Source of the DNA: Bacteroidota bacterium
GTDB lineage: Bacteria; Bacteroidota; Bacteroidia; AKYH767-A; 2013-40CM-41-45
NCBI GenBank assembly: GCA_046052345.1
Contig: JBJOMN010000065.1
Span: 333 to 64,332, forward strand
Reading direction: 5' to 3'
DNA: 64,000 nt
Below, piece after piece: positions 36,894 to 46,716 of this stretch (position 1 is its first letter; each line of letters starts with the position of its first letter). The notes below the pieces were generated by a model. That model saw only the letters and a list, made by a program, of their open reading frames with translations, had not been told where the DNA came from and ran no database searches. The position numbers and the translations under genes were made by a program.

Positions 36894-38081
36894 ATGACAG
36901 CACATCTTAAAATAGCGCTATTGTCGCTTTTTGCCTTGATCACAGTCACCTGCGATGGCGCGACATATTTCAGCAGAGCCGGCGGTTCATGGAACGATCC
37001 TTCGGTGTGGTCGTCTTCCCCCGGCGGAGCCAGCTGCAATTGTGTGCCGCAGGGCTCCGACGACATCATTATCGACCACACAATCACTTTGCAGAAGCAT
37101 CTTACCAACGGAGGCGGTTGTCTGGGAGGAATCAGCGGTAATTTCTATATCACGGCCAATGGAACCCTTAACGGTACTTCCGCCTACGACATCAATGTCC
37201 TTTCCAACGGCAATCTGACTGTCTGCGGAAACCTGACGTGCATGAATATCGAATTCTTCAACGGCAGCGTATTCCGTTTCTGTCAGGGATCCCAGGTCCG
37301 CATCAACGGTAATTTCATCAACCGCAATAACAGTCCGAACATACAGGTAGACGGCCAGGTCCAGATACAGGGCGGGTTCGAGAACGGAGTGGGAGCTTAT
37401 ATCGCCGGCAACGGCAGCTTCATCGTCGTCAACGGTCCGGCCATCAACCAGGGAACGGTATTCACCTGCATCGGACTCTATCCCTGCAGCCTGTATTCCT
37501 GCCTGATCAGTTCAGTGTGCGGCATGCAGGTTTTCCTTCCCGTTGAATGGTTGTCCTTCAGCGCCACCTCATCGGAAGAAGGATGCCTGCTGGAGTGGGC
37601 GACTGCCTCCGAAACGAATGTCGAACGTTTCGACGTGGAACGATCCATGGACGGAATCAATTTTGAAAGCATCGGCCGAACCTCCGCTAAAGGAACAACT
37701 TCAGAGCTGCAGCGCTATTCTTTCATGGACAGACAGGTTCCTTCCGGACTGGCCTATTACCGCATCCGAGAAACGGATTTCGACGGTAAAAGTTCTTTCT
37801 CAGTCAGCGCCGCGGTCCGTACATCTCGTCGTGGCGGACTTTCCGTATATCCCAATCCCGTTCGCGGACGACGCGTTCACCTGCGGCTTGATCAGGAAAC
37901 AGGGCCGATCCGCGTCGAGCTTTTCGATGCGCTCGGAAGATGCATTTTCTCCTCCGTTACAACGGCGGAACCGTCGGGATCCGATGTTGAATTTCCGGAT
38001 CATATCGGATCCGGTAGTTATCTCTTGTCAGTCTGCATCAATGAGCGCGTGACCTTCGAGCACCTTTTGCTGGAGCCCTGA
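36894..38081 (+). CDS. T9SS C-terminal sorting domain protein of unknown function
   Basis: Start set at MTAHLKIALLSLFALITVTC (signal peptide). The C-terminus LSVYPNPVRGRRVHLRLD...GSYLLSVCINERVTFEHLLLEP is CTD-like. A near-consensus box TATATTTC (36868-36875), with TTTG 17 nt upstream, lies just before the start. Confidence 0.8.
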   Translation: MTAHLKIALLSLFALITVTCDGATYFSRAGGSWNDPSVWSSSPGGASCNCVPQGSDDIIIDHTITLQKHLTNGGGCLGGISGNFYITANGTLNGTSAYDINVLSNGNLTVCGNLTCMNIEFFNGSVFRFCQGSQVRINGNFINRNNSPNIQVDGQVQIQGGFENGVGAYIAGNGSFIVVNGPAINQGTVFTCIGLYPCSLYSCLISSVCGMQVFLPVEWLSFSATSSEEGCLLEWATASETNVERFDVERSMDGINFESIGRTSAKGTTSELQRYSFMDRQVPSGLAYYRIRETDFDGKSSFSVSAAVRTSRRGGLSVYPNPVRGRRVHLRLDQETGPIRVELFDALGRCIFSSVTTAEPSGSDVEFPDHIGSGSYLLSVCINERVTFEHLLLEP

Positions 38082-38192
38082 GTTTTCCACAATCGCTTCT
38101 TTCGCCGCAACTACGGTAGGCACGGTCGGTTTTAGTCCGTACCTTTTACAGCGTGATTCCGTAAGCTATTGCGTACGGGTCATCAGCTGACC

Positions 38193-41042
38193 ATGAAATC
38201 TTTCATAGGAGATCTTGCCGATGAGCTGATCCGGAAGTTCGGAACGGATTTCACCGGAATCACTGTCGTATTTCCGACCCGTCGTGCGGGCGTCTTTTTC
38301 CGCTCCGAGATTGCAAGGCGCATCAGCGGACCGGTTTGGGCGCCGCGTGTCCTGGCGGTTCAGGACTTCATGCTGGAGCTGGCGGATCGCTCACAGCCCG
38401 ACCAGGTCACCCTCCTCTTCGAGCTGTTCGACATCTACCGCGAGTTCTTTCCCGATGAGCCCTTCGACGAATACTGTCCGTGGGGGGAAGTGATGCTGAA
38501 GGATTTCGACGAACTGGACAAGAGCCTCGCAAATCCGTCCAAGGTCTTTTCTGTAATAGCCGATCTTCGGGAGATCGACGAGTCCTTCGGACTTGACGAC
38601 GAGGAGATGGAACGGCTGCGCATGTTCTGGGGAAATTACTTCGATACCGGATCGACCCGGCTGAAAGAGGAGTTCTCCAAGACGTGGAAGCACCTGCACA
38701 CTATCTATGACCGCTTCCATGCACGGCTGGGTCTTAAGGGTTGGACGACCGAGGGACACGCTTACCGGACAGTCGCAGCGTCCCTGGGACATTCGGACGG
38801 ATGGAAAGAAAGGGTAGGACGGCACGTTGTTTTCGCCGGCCTCTATGCACTATCCCGAAGCGAGGAGCAGGTGATCCTGCACCTTAAAGATCACGGCATC
38901 GCCGATTGCTATTGGGATGCTGACGAATATTATGTGAACGACCGGCATCAGGAGGCGGGTCATTTCCTCCGTTCCAGCCGACTGTTCGATCCTGCGGGTT
39001 CTTCATGGATCGGTCGTAACCTCGGTGGTACGGAAAAGTCGATCGAGGTGATCGGAATTCCGATGGAAGTTGGTCAGGCCAAGATGGCCGGACACTTGGT
39101 CGATGTACTCAGCCGCATGCCGGGGTTCGAGCCCGAGCGAACCGCTGTCGTATTGCCGGCGGAACATCTTCTCTTTCCGGTCTTGTATGCCATACCCGAA
39201 TCGATGCAGAAGATCAACGTGACGATGGGATATCCCCTCCATCAGTCTCCGATCTTTCACCTCATCGAGTCGCTCGTGACATTACAGACCAATGTTCGTC
39301 ATCCTGATCAGGACTCAAAGTGCTCATTTTTGATTCGCGACGTATTGTCAGTGATCGACCATCCTTACATCCGTTTGGTCGATCCTTCGTTCATTTCAGC
39401 GTGGCGTAAAGATATCGTCGGCGAAGTCGCTATCCGCATTACGGCGGATCGACTCTCAGGAGCAGATCTCCCGGAAATCTTCCGGGTGCTGTTCCGTCCT
39501 GAGCAGGAATCGACCGGACTTTTCCGGTGGTTACGGGAAATACTTCGGGTCATTCTCAGCGCCATGGATGAACGCAGTTTCGCAGGACAACGCTTCGAGT
39601 CTGAATTCATCGCCCGGCTTTTTACGCAACTCAACCTGCTGCAAGAAACCTATGCCTCGGTAGAGGTTGAATCCGGCATCGCTACATGGTGGCGCCTCTT
39701 CAGTGAGATCATCCATGCGACGAAGCTTCCTTTCACCGGGGAGCCGCTGGAAGGGCTCCAGCTGATGGGTTTTCTGGAAAGCCGGGTGCTGGATTTCGAA
39801 AACGTGATTCTGCTATCCGTCAATGAAGACATACTTCCCTCTTCCGGTCAGCATCCCTCATTCGTTCCATACGGCATCCGAAAGGCATTCGGTATGCCTA
39901 CGCACGAGGATGTCCATGCGGTAACTGCCTATCATTTCTACCGGTTGCTGCAGCGAGCCGGGAAAATCTTCCTCCTGCATAACACGGAGGCGGCATCGAT
40001 TTCCTCCGGAGAACCCTCCCGCTTCATCCTTCAGCTGGAGCAGGAGCTGGCAGCACGGTATCCGGATACGGTCAAATTCTCCAGGAAAAACATGCTTACT
40101 CCGGTCTCCGGGAACATTCCCGCTCCGGTTGTCGTCGAAAAGACCCCTCAAGTGATGGAACGTTTGCAGCAGTGGATCTATGACGAAAAAAAGGATCTTC
40201 AGTTCCATCCCAAGCTTTCACCGTCCGCCCTCAATAAGTATATCCATTGCCCCTTGCAGTTTTACTTCTCATATGTCGCCGGTCTTTGGGAGCCTGATGA
40301 GAAGGACGAGGTCCTGGAAGCGAAGAGCCTTGGATTAGTCCTCCACCGGGCGATGGAATTGCTGTACTCTGAAAGTTCAAGCACCATCACATCCCTGCAG
40401 TTCGCCGGCCTGCACCGGAAAGTCGAGGAAGCCGTTGATCAGGCAATCCTGGACAAGTTCGCCGATCCCGGTCACTTGGAAGGAAAAAATCTGCTGTTAC
40501 GTAATGTCATTGTAGAGCTGGTGCGACAGATCCTCCGTTCGGACGAGAAGGAAGCTCCGGTTTCCATCGTGGAGCTGGAGCAGGTCAGCCAGAGGCCATT
40601 TGAATTCGCAGAGGGCAGACAAGTAGTCCTTTCGGGAATAATCGACAGGGTCGACCGGATATCCCGTCCTGACGGTGACATCTACCGGGTCATCGATTAC
40701 AAGACCGGAAAGGTGGAGTTCAGGAAGATTGAAAGTGCGGATGACCTTTTACGCGATTCCGTGCACAAGGAACAATTCCAGGCAATGCTGTATGCCTGGT
40801 TCCTTTCTAAGCGGTATCCCGGCAAACCCGTACAAGTAGGATTGGTCACTCTGCGGGAGATGTCGGGCGGAAAAAAACTGGTGAATCCGGACGGTCCGTT
40901 ATCGGAGGATCAGTTATTGGATTTCGAAAAAAGTCTGGCCCGGATGATCACTGAGCTTTTCGATCCGGAAGTACCCTTTCGTCAGACGGACAAGGAAGAT
41001 GCCTGCAAATATTGCGCTTACGCGGATATCTGCAATCGATAA
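38193..41042 (+). CDS. PD-(D/E)XK nuclease family protein (AddB/RexB-like)
   Basis: ~950 aa. The C-terminal nuclease region has IYRVIDYKTGK and a terminal Cys cluster ending in CKYCAYADIC, similar to the AddB iron-sulfur staple. The start was moved to the ATG at 38193. Confidence 0.75.
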   Translation: MKSFIGDLADELIRKFGTDFTGITVVFPTRRAGVFFRSEIARRISGPVWAPRVLAVQDFMLELADRSQPDQVTLLFELFDIYREFFPDEPFDEYCPWGEVMLKDFDELDKSLANPSKVFSVIADLREIDESFGLDDEEMERLRMFWGNYFDTGSTRLKEEFSKTWKHLHTIYDRFHARLGLKGWTTEGHAYRTVAASLGHSDGWKERVGRHVVFAGLYALSRSEEQVILHLKDHGIADCYWDADEYYVNDRHQEAGHFLRSSRLFDPAGSSWIGRNLGGTEKSIEVIGIPMEVGQAKMAGHLVDVLSRMPGFEPERTAVVLPAEHLLFPVLYAIPESMQKINVTMGYPLHQSPIFHLIESLVTLQTNVRHPDQDSKCSFLIRDVLSVIDHPYIRLVDPSFISAWRKDIVGEVAIRITADRLSGADLPEIFRVLFRPEQESTGLFRWLREILRVILSAMDERSFAGQRFESEFIARLFTQLNLLQETYASVEVESGIATWWRLFSEIIHATKLPFTGEPLEGLQLMGFLESRVLDFENVILLSVNEDILPSSGQHPSFVPYGIRKAFGMPTHEDVHAVTAYHFYRLLQRAGKIFLLHNTEAASISSGEPSRFILQLEQELAARYPDTVKFSRKNMLTPVSGNIPAPVVVEKTPQVMERLQQWIYDEKKDLQFHPKLSPSALNKYIHCPLQFYFSYVAGLWEPDEKDEVLEAKSLGLVLHRAMELLYSESSSTITSLQFAGLHRKVEEAVDQAILDKFADPGHLEGKNLLLRNVIVELVRQILRSDEKEAPVSIVELEQVSQRPFEFAEGRQVVLSGIIDRVDRISRPDGDIYRVIDYKTGKVEFRKIESADDLLRDSVHKEQFQAMLYAWFLSKRYPGKPVQVGLVTLREMSGGKKLVNPDGPLSEDQLLDFEKSLARMITELFDPEVPFRQTDKEDACKYCAYADICNR

Positions 41043-41049
41043 AATTCTA

Positions 41050-44000
41050 TCAGTACACCACCAGCCTTACCGTACGCTTAAGTTCGGCCTCTTTGAGGGA
41101 AACGAAGTAGATCCCCGCCGGCCATCCGTTTATTGCATACCTCAGCTCGTTACGGCCGGGGCGACAAAGGATTCTGTCTGAAAGCACTTTCCTTCCGGAC
41201 ATATCCGTAACGATAATCGCAGCTTCTATTTCTCCGGCGCTCGTGAAGGAGATCCGGAATTCATCCCTCGCAGGATTCGGGTACAGTGTCATTTCAGTCT
41301 CCTCGGTGCGACTGTTCAGGGAACGGGCCGGGGCTACGTAAATCGTCACGGCTGTAGGACTGGAATAGCACCCCGGCGAGCTGTAACTGCGCACCCAGTA
41401 GGTACCCTGGGAATTTACAGTGATGGAGGAAGTGGTGTCGCCGTTGGACCAAAGGTATCCCCACGCGTTCGAACTGGTGAGGATGATGCTTTGTCCGGAG
41501 ATGATGACGTTGGAGCCGCTGAGGGAGATAGTAGGCGGACGCGGCGGAGTGCAATTCCGTGTGCTTACACTCAACGGACGCGAAACGGCGGTGCAGCCGT
41601 TGGCATCAGTCACGGTGTAATTGTATGACCCCGGATCACTCACGGAAATAGATGCAGTGGTCGCTCCGTTGCTCCAAAGGATGGAGGAACCGGCGAAAGA
41701 TGCCGACAGTGTGACTGACGGATCCATGAAACTCAGTTGCGTGGTGCCGCCGGCAAGGACATAGGCAACAGGCAGACCCGGAAGTTGTCTCGTGATCACT
41801 TCTGAGGAAGCGGCAGCACAACCGTTCGTCCCGACAACACTAACGTGCAGCGTATCGGACTCGGAAACCGCTACGGAGCGTGTAGTGGCGCCGTTCGACC
41901 AAAGGTAGTTAGGTGCTGTATCCGCAGTGAGTATCACAAGTGAACCCGGACAGAAATCCAATGGACCGGAAGCGGAAATGCCTAAAGGTGCCGGTGCGAC
42001 AAGCACCACCACATTTACCGGCGCAGAAGTGACCGAGCAATTTCCCTGACCGACAGCGGTGACGCTATAGGTGCCGGAATCGGATACGGTGATGCCGGTT
42101 GCAGTGGATCCATCAGACCATACGAGGTTACCGGTCGAACTGGCAGAAAGTGCGACGCTCCCTCCCTGGCAGAAGGTCAGCGGACCGTTTGCGGAAATCA
42201 CAGGAGTGGTCGGATAAGCGTTTACAGTAACCGGAACAGCAGTCGAAGTCGCAGAGCAACCGGAAGAAGTGACGGTTACCTGGTAGTTGCCGGTAACTGT
42301 TACCGTAATGGAACGGGCAGTAGATCCGTTCGACCAGACATTTCCGGACGTGGCACTGGACGTCAGCAGGACAGATCCACCCTGACAGAAGTTGGTCGGT
42401 CCGCCTGCTGAAATGACCGGTACGGCGGGAACGGGATTCACCGTGACGGTCTTTGCACTGGAGGTGGCCGAACAATAGCCGTTTGATACCGTGACAGTAT
42501 ATGAACCCGATGCAGTGACGTTGATGGAGGAAGTGGTCGCCCCGTTGGACCACACATTACCCGAGCTCGCGCTGGAAGTCAGTGTAACGTTCCCGCCCTG
42601 GCAGAACGTGAGCGGACCGGATGCGGAGATCGAGGGCGTTGAAACAGATGGGAATACAGTCACCACGACCGGTGAGGAAGTGGCCGAACATCCGGAACTG
42701 GTGACAGTCACGGTGTACGTTCCCGAAGAACTTACCGTTATGGACTGGGACGTTGATGAGTTCGACCATCTGTTTCCTGCGGTGGCAGAGGATGTAAGCC
42801 GTACATTTCCTCCTGAACAGAAGGATAAAGGTCCGTTGGCAGTGACGGTGGGTGTGGCAGGAACCGGATTTACGGTTACGGTCGTCGCTGTCGAGGTGGC
42901 GGAACAATAACCGTTACTCGTCGTCACGGTGTAAGAGCCGCTGGAGAGGACGGTGATCGATTGCGTGGTGGCTCCGTTAGACCATGAGTTTCCGGTCGAT
43001 GCGTTTGAGGTGAGAACGACGCTTCCGCCCTGACAGAAGGTGAGCGGACCACCTGCAGCTATAGTCGGAACCGGAACGCTCGGATATACCGTGACTGCGG
43101 TGACGGATGAGACTGCAGTACAACCTGCAGCAGTGGTGGCGGTCACTGAATAGCTGCCGGAGGCATTTACGGTGATCGATTGGCTGGTCGCATTGTTCGA
43201 CCAACGGATTCCCGTGCTTGTGTTGGAAGTCAGCACCACACTGCCGCCCTGACAGAAGCTGAGCGGTCCCGATGCGGATACGATCGGCACCGCAGGAAGC
43301 GGATTAACCGTCACAGCCACGGAGGAGGAGGTCGCTGCCGGGCAATAGCCGTTGTTGACAGTCACCGAATAAGAACCCGATGAAGTGACCAATATCGTGC
43401 GTGAGGTATCGCCGTTGGACCAACGGTTGTAGGTGGTGGCGCTTGAGGTCAGGGTGACGCTTCCTCCCTGGCAGAATGTCAGCGGTCCGCCGGCCGTAAT
43501 GGTAGGAGTGGTAACCGGCGAGTAAACAGTCACTACAGAAGGGGCTGAAGTCACGGTGCAGCCGGAACTGGTGACTGAAACCGTATATGTTCCGGAGGTG
43601 TTGACCGTGATGGAGCGGTTGTTCGAACCGTTGGACCAGCGGTTACCGCTGTTCACGTTGGATGTAAGGGTGACGGAGCCGCCCTGACAGAACGATAACG
43701 GTCCGCTGGCGGTTACGATCGGAGCGGTTCCGTTCACGGTGACAGTAACGCCTGAGGATGTTCTGGAGGGACAGATTCCGTTGGATACTGTAACGTTGTA
43801 GGTTCCTGAAGCTGTGACGGTGATGGATTGCGTGGTGGCGCCGTTTGACCACGTGTTGTTGGACAAGGAACTGGAAGTAAGGATGACATTACCTCCCAGA
43901 CAGAAGGTGGTGGGGCCGGATGCAGATACGGTCGGGGTGGGGATGGCAGAGGTTACCGAAACCGTAGTCGGAGAGGAGGTGGATGAACAGCCGTTTGCTC

Positions 44001-45480
44001 CGGTCTGTGATACAGTGTAGTTGCCGGATGCAGTGACCGTGATCGACTGGGTAGTGGCGCCGGTCGACCATCTGTTCGAGGATGTATAGTTGGAGGTGAG
44101 GACGACGCTGCCTCCCTGGCAGAAGGTGAGCGGGCCGTTGGCTGAGATGACCGGCGGAGCAGGAGGCGCGATTACGGACGTCACGATGTTGGAGGAAGTC
44201 ATCGAACAGGCCCCGTTGGTGACCGTCACGTTGAAAGTGCCGGCCGTATTCACGACGATGGACCGAGAGGTATCTCCGGTCGTCCATCGGTTTTTGTAGA
44301 GAGAACTGGAGGTGAGTGTAACGCTGCTTCCCTGACAAAAGGTGGTCGGGCCACCGGCCGAAATGGTGGGTGCGGTGAAGGATGGAGACACGTTTACTGT
44401 CACCGGCGACGAATTGGCGAACCCTCCGGAAGAGTTGGTGACGCGTACGGAATAATTACCCGCGGCCGAAACCGTGATGGAACGGGAGGTCGCTCCGTTG
44501 CTCCAGAGATACGCGGTACCCTGATTAGCGGTAAGGGTGACTGTCTGCCCCTGACAGAGGTTGGTCGAACCACTTGGTGTGATGATGGCAACTGCATCAA
44601 TGCGCTTAGGCAAATATGTGTAGGAGAACCACTGGTAGCCTTGCAGGTTGATGTATTGTTTGAAAGCCCCGGTATCAGCGGTGAAATCCGCGTAATAGGT
44701 CTGGTATGGACGGGTGACGGAGTTGGTATCCAGCCACGGCCCCATATAGGCCGGTTTTGCACAGAAGATGGGGATGATCTTGACCGAACGGTTGATGGAT
44801 GCCGCATAGGTGAGACGGGTACGTGTGTACGAGTAAACATCCGAGTCATCCTGCCGGTAAGAATGAAGCAGGATCCTATCGGCGACAGAAGCGACGTCCT
44901 GCATCCGGCCCTGGTCCGGCCAGCCAAGATAATACTCGGACATTGCACCATTGGCTGACGCCAGGGAGTCGATCTTGCGGAATTCGATCCACGAAAACGC
45001 CCAAGCGCCGGCGGTGTCGCAGGTGTAACCGTTCGGTGTCAGATAGCGGCTGCAGTAGAAGTTGGCCACGGAGCTCGAGGTCCACCATTCGAATTCGTAA
45101 TTGAACACGTCGAACCGCTCCAGTTGGGAGGTGCGGCTGCTGTTGTAAGGGATTACATCGTCGATGAACCGGTTTGAATTCTCCCCGATGGCTCCTACCT
45201 GTGAAATTCCGTAAGAGGTCTTTGCGCGACGAATGAACGCCGCAAGCTGGTTTTTCTTGATCGGGTCCGCGAAATCAAATGAGCCCAGACTGTAAAATGC
45301 CATGTAGTTGAAAGCATTGCCGGAAGCGTACCAAAGAATGGAGTCCTCGGCGATACTGTCACCGATCCAGATATCGCAATCGCTGAGGTAGAAACCTCGA
45401 ACTGTCGGATTTTGCGCTTGGGCAGACTGGGTGATCAGCCAAAAAAGGCCGAGGACGAATGCTGCTTTCAGGAATTTCAT
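41050..45480 (-). CDS. Giant T9SS-secreted protein: N-terminal ~270-aa globular domain, fifteen ~72-aa Ig-like repeats, T9SS C-terminal sorting domain
   Basis: 1476 aa. Signal peptide MKFLKAAFVLGLFWLITQSAQAQ. Repeats have the form GPLTFCQGGSVxLTS....N.WSNGATTQSITVTASGSYTVTV...GC...S..V.V.V. CTD: MTLYPNPARDEFRISF...GIYFVSLKEAELKRTVRLVVY. Confidence 0.9.
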   Translation of the reverse strand: MKFLKAAFVLGLFWLITQSAQAQNPTVRGFYLSDCDIWIGDSIAEDSILWYASGNAFNYMAFYSLGSFDFADPIKKNQLAAFIRRAKTSYGISQVGAIGENSNRFIDDVIPYNSSRTSQLERFDVFNYEFEWWTSSSVANFYCSRYLTPNGYTCDTAGAWAFSWIEFRKIDSLASANGAMSEYYLGWPDQGRMQDVASVADRILLHSYRQDDSDVYSYTRTRLTYAASINRSVKIIPIFCAKPAYMGPWLDTNSVTRPYQTYYADFTADTGAFKQYINLQGYQWFSYTYLPKRIDAVAIITPSGSTNLCQGQTVTLTANQGTAYLWSNGATSRSITVSAAGNYSVRVTNSSGGFANSSPVTVNVSPSFTAPTISAGGPTTFCQGSSVTLTSSSLYKNRWTTGDTSRSIVVNTAGTFNVTVTNGACSMTSSNIVTSVIAPPAPPVISANGPLTFCQGGSVVLTSNYTSSNRWSTGATTQSITVTASGNYTVSQTGANGCSSTSSPTTVSVTSAIPTPTVSASGPTTFCLGGNVILTSSSLSNNTWSNGATTQSITVTASGTYNVTVSNGICPSRTSSGVTVTVNGTAPIVTASGPLSFCQGGSVTLTSNVNSGNRWSNGSNNRSITVNTSGTYTVSVTSSGCTVTSAPSVVTVYSPVTTPTITAGGPLTFCQGGSVTLTSSATTYNRWSNGDTSRTILVTSSGSYSVTVNNGYCPAATSSSVAVTVNPLPAVPIVSASGPLSFCQGGSVVLTSNTSTGIRWSNNATSQSITVNASGSYSVTATTAAGCTAVSSVTAVTVYPSVPVPTIAAGGPLTFCQGGSVVLTSNASTGNSWSNGATTQSITVLSSGSYTVTTSNGYCSATSTATTVTVNPVPATPTVTANGPLSFCSGGNVRLTSSATAGNRWSNSSTSQSITVSSSGTYTVTVTSSGCSATSSPVVVTVFPSVSTPSISASGPLTFCQGGNVTLTSSASSGNVWSNGATTSSINVTASGSYTVTVSNGYCSATSSAKTVTVNPVPAVPVISAGGPTNFCQGGSVLLTSSATSGNVWSNGSTARSITVTVTGNYQVTVTSSGCSATSTAVPVTVNAYPTTPVISANGPLTFCQGGSVALSASSTGNLVWSDGSTATGITVSDSGTYSVTAVGQGNCSVTSAPVNVVVLVAPAPLGISASGPLDFCPGSLVILTADTAPNYLWSNGATTRSVAVSESDTLHVSVVGTNGCAAASSEVITRQLPGLPVAYVLAGGTTQLSFMDPSVTLSASFAGSSILWSNGATTASISVSDPGSYNYTVTDANGCTAVSRPLSVSTRNCTPPRPPTISLSGSNVIISGQSIILTSSNAWGYLWSNGDTTSSITVNSQGTYWVRSYSSPGCYSSPTAVTIYVAPARSLNSRTEETEMTLYPNPARDEFRISFTSAGEIEAAIIVTDMSGRKVLSDRILCRPGRNELRYAINGWPAGIYFVSLKEAELKRTVRLVVY
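41335..44592 (-). repeat. Coding tandem repeat, ~216 bp x 15 (Ig-like modules)
   Basis: I counted 15 modules in the translation (residues ~297-1382), each with one Cys near the start (FCQGG) and one near the end (SSGC or NGYC). Confidence 0.85.
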
Positions 45481-45627
45481 TAGAGGGCAGGGTGGTTCAA
45501 ACAGATGGTTTAGAAAACCTAATTTAAGCCATTATTATCTGATTATTAAACTATTACCGATCTATTCTATGAATGCAGGCCTGAGGTTGGTGAACGCAGA
45601 GTAAAACTTGATGAAAAAATGGCGTTT

Positions 45628-46716
45628 TCAGCGCTTTGCAGCCCCTGCGATCAGGAACCGGCAAATTGACAGGATTTCGGATTTCCTTCTGCTGATAGGA
45701 AATCGGTCCGCGACCGCTTTCCGGGGATGGTAAAGATCAGCCGTATTGGTTAATCCGGTCACCCTTTTCAACAGCTCCGTCAATTCGCCCGAATTTCGAC
45801 GCTTAAGGATGAATCCGTCATTCCCGATGATTTCAGGGATGGAGAAGACCGAGGAGCCGATGGGAATGCAGCCGCATAGCATGGCCTCGCAAAGTGCATT
45901 AGGAAATCCTTCCGCCATCGATAACTGAAGGTAATAGGCGTGGGCTGAGAACTCCCTCTTCAGTGACTTCTGGTCACACGGACGAATCAAGCGGACGTTT
46001 TCAGGCACATTACTCAGGTTCTTTTCATCGGTGACTCCGACTACGGTAAATGAGCAGTCGGGCAGCTTTGCTGCAACTTCAAGTATCAGGTCGATCCCTT
46101 TCAGAGATCTCTGGAAGGGGTAGTGCATTCCGCTGCTGACAGTGATGAAACTGTTTTTTCTGCGCCGGACCAGCGGATCGGCCGTCCAGACTTCGGCATC
46201 GTACCCGTTCGGCACGGATGTATGAGGTGTCCTGATACCAGGAATGAACGCCTTGATCCCCTGAGTGCAGGGTTCGTTGCTGTCGTAGCCGTATTCGCTC
46301 CACCACAGTGATTCATGCTTTGGGGATATATGCGTGCAAAGCTTGAAAGACCATCGGGTGAAAAAACCTAAAAGTCTTTTGTTGAAGTTACCATACCCGA
46401 TACCCGGAAATGAGTGGCAGTCCGTCCCGCCGGCTATGATCAGGACCGGCTTACCGGCGATTCTTCCTGCAAGCACAGGCAACAAGGAGTGATATCCGGA
46501 AAATTGGCAGAGCATGATACTTGTCCCGTAAAAGTTGCGTACCAGGAAAAGAAATTGACGGATGAAAAGCAACGGCGTCGTCACTTTGCTCTTTACTGCG
46601 AATGCGAACTGCCGTACATTTCCGAGTTCCTCAAGGATACGTGCGTCCTTGTTGACGAAGGAGGAGGCGCCGGTATGGAAAAAAAGAACCTTGTCCGCTC
46701 TCGATCCCTTGCTCAT
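45628..46716 (-). CDS. Glycosyltransferase, GT4-like (GT-B fold)
   Basis: 362 aa. C-terminal E-x7-E region LSMAEGFPNALCEAMLCGCIPIGSSVFSIPEII. Confidence 0.8.
   Translation of the reverse strand: MSKGSRADKVLFFHTGASSFVNKDARILEELGNVRQFAFAVKSKVTTPLLFIRQFLFLVRNFYGTSIMLCQFSGYHSLLPVLAGRIAGKPVLIIAGGTDCHSFPGIGYGNFNKRLLGFFTRWSFKLCTHISPKHESLWWSEYGYDSNEPCTQGIKAFIPGIRTPHTSVPNGYDAEVWTADPLVRRRKNSFITVSSGMHYPFQRSLKGIDLILEVAAKLPDCSFTVVGVTDEKNLSNVPENVRLIRPCDQKSLKREFSAHAYYLQLSMAEGFPNALCEAMLCGCIPIGSSVFSIPEIIGNDGFILKRRNSGELTELLKRVTGLTNTADLYHPRKAVADRFPISRRKSEILSICRFLIAGAAKR

Noticed and set aside
41335-44592. Strongly periodic ~216-bp repeats that could superficially suggest a repeat-spacer array
   Set aside because: They lie inside one uninterrupted 1476-aa ORF and translate into coherent Ig-like modules. 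The unit is far longer than a CRISPR repeat and there are no unique spacers.
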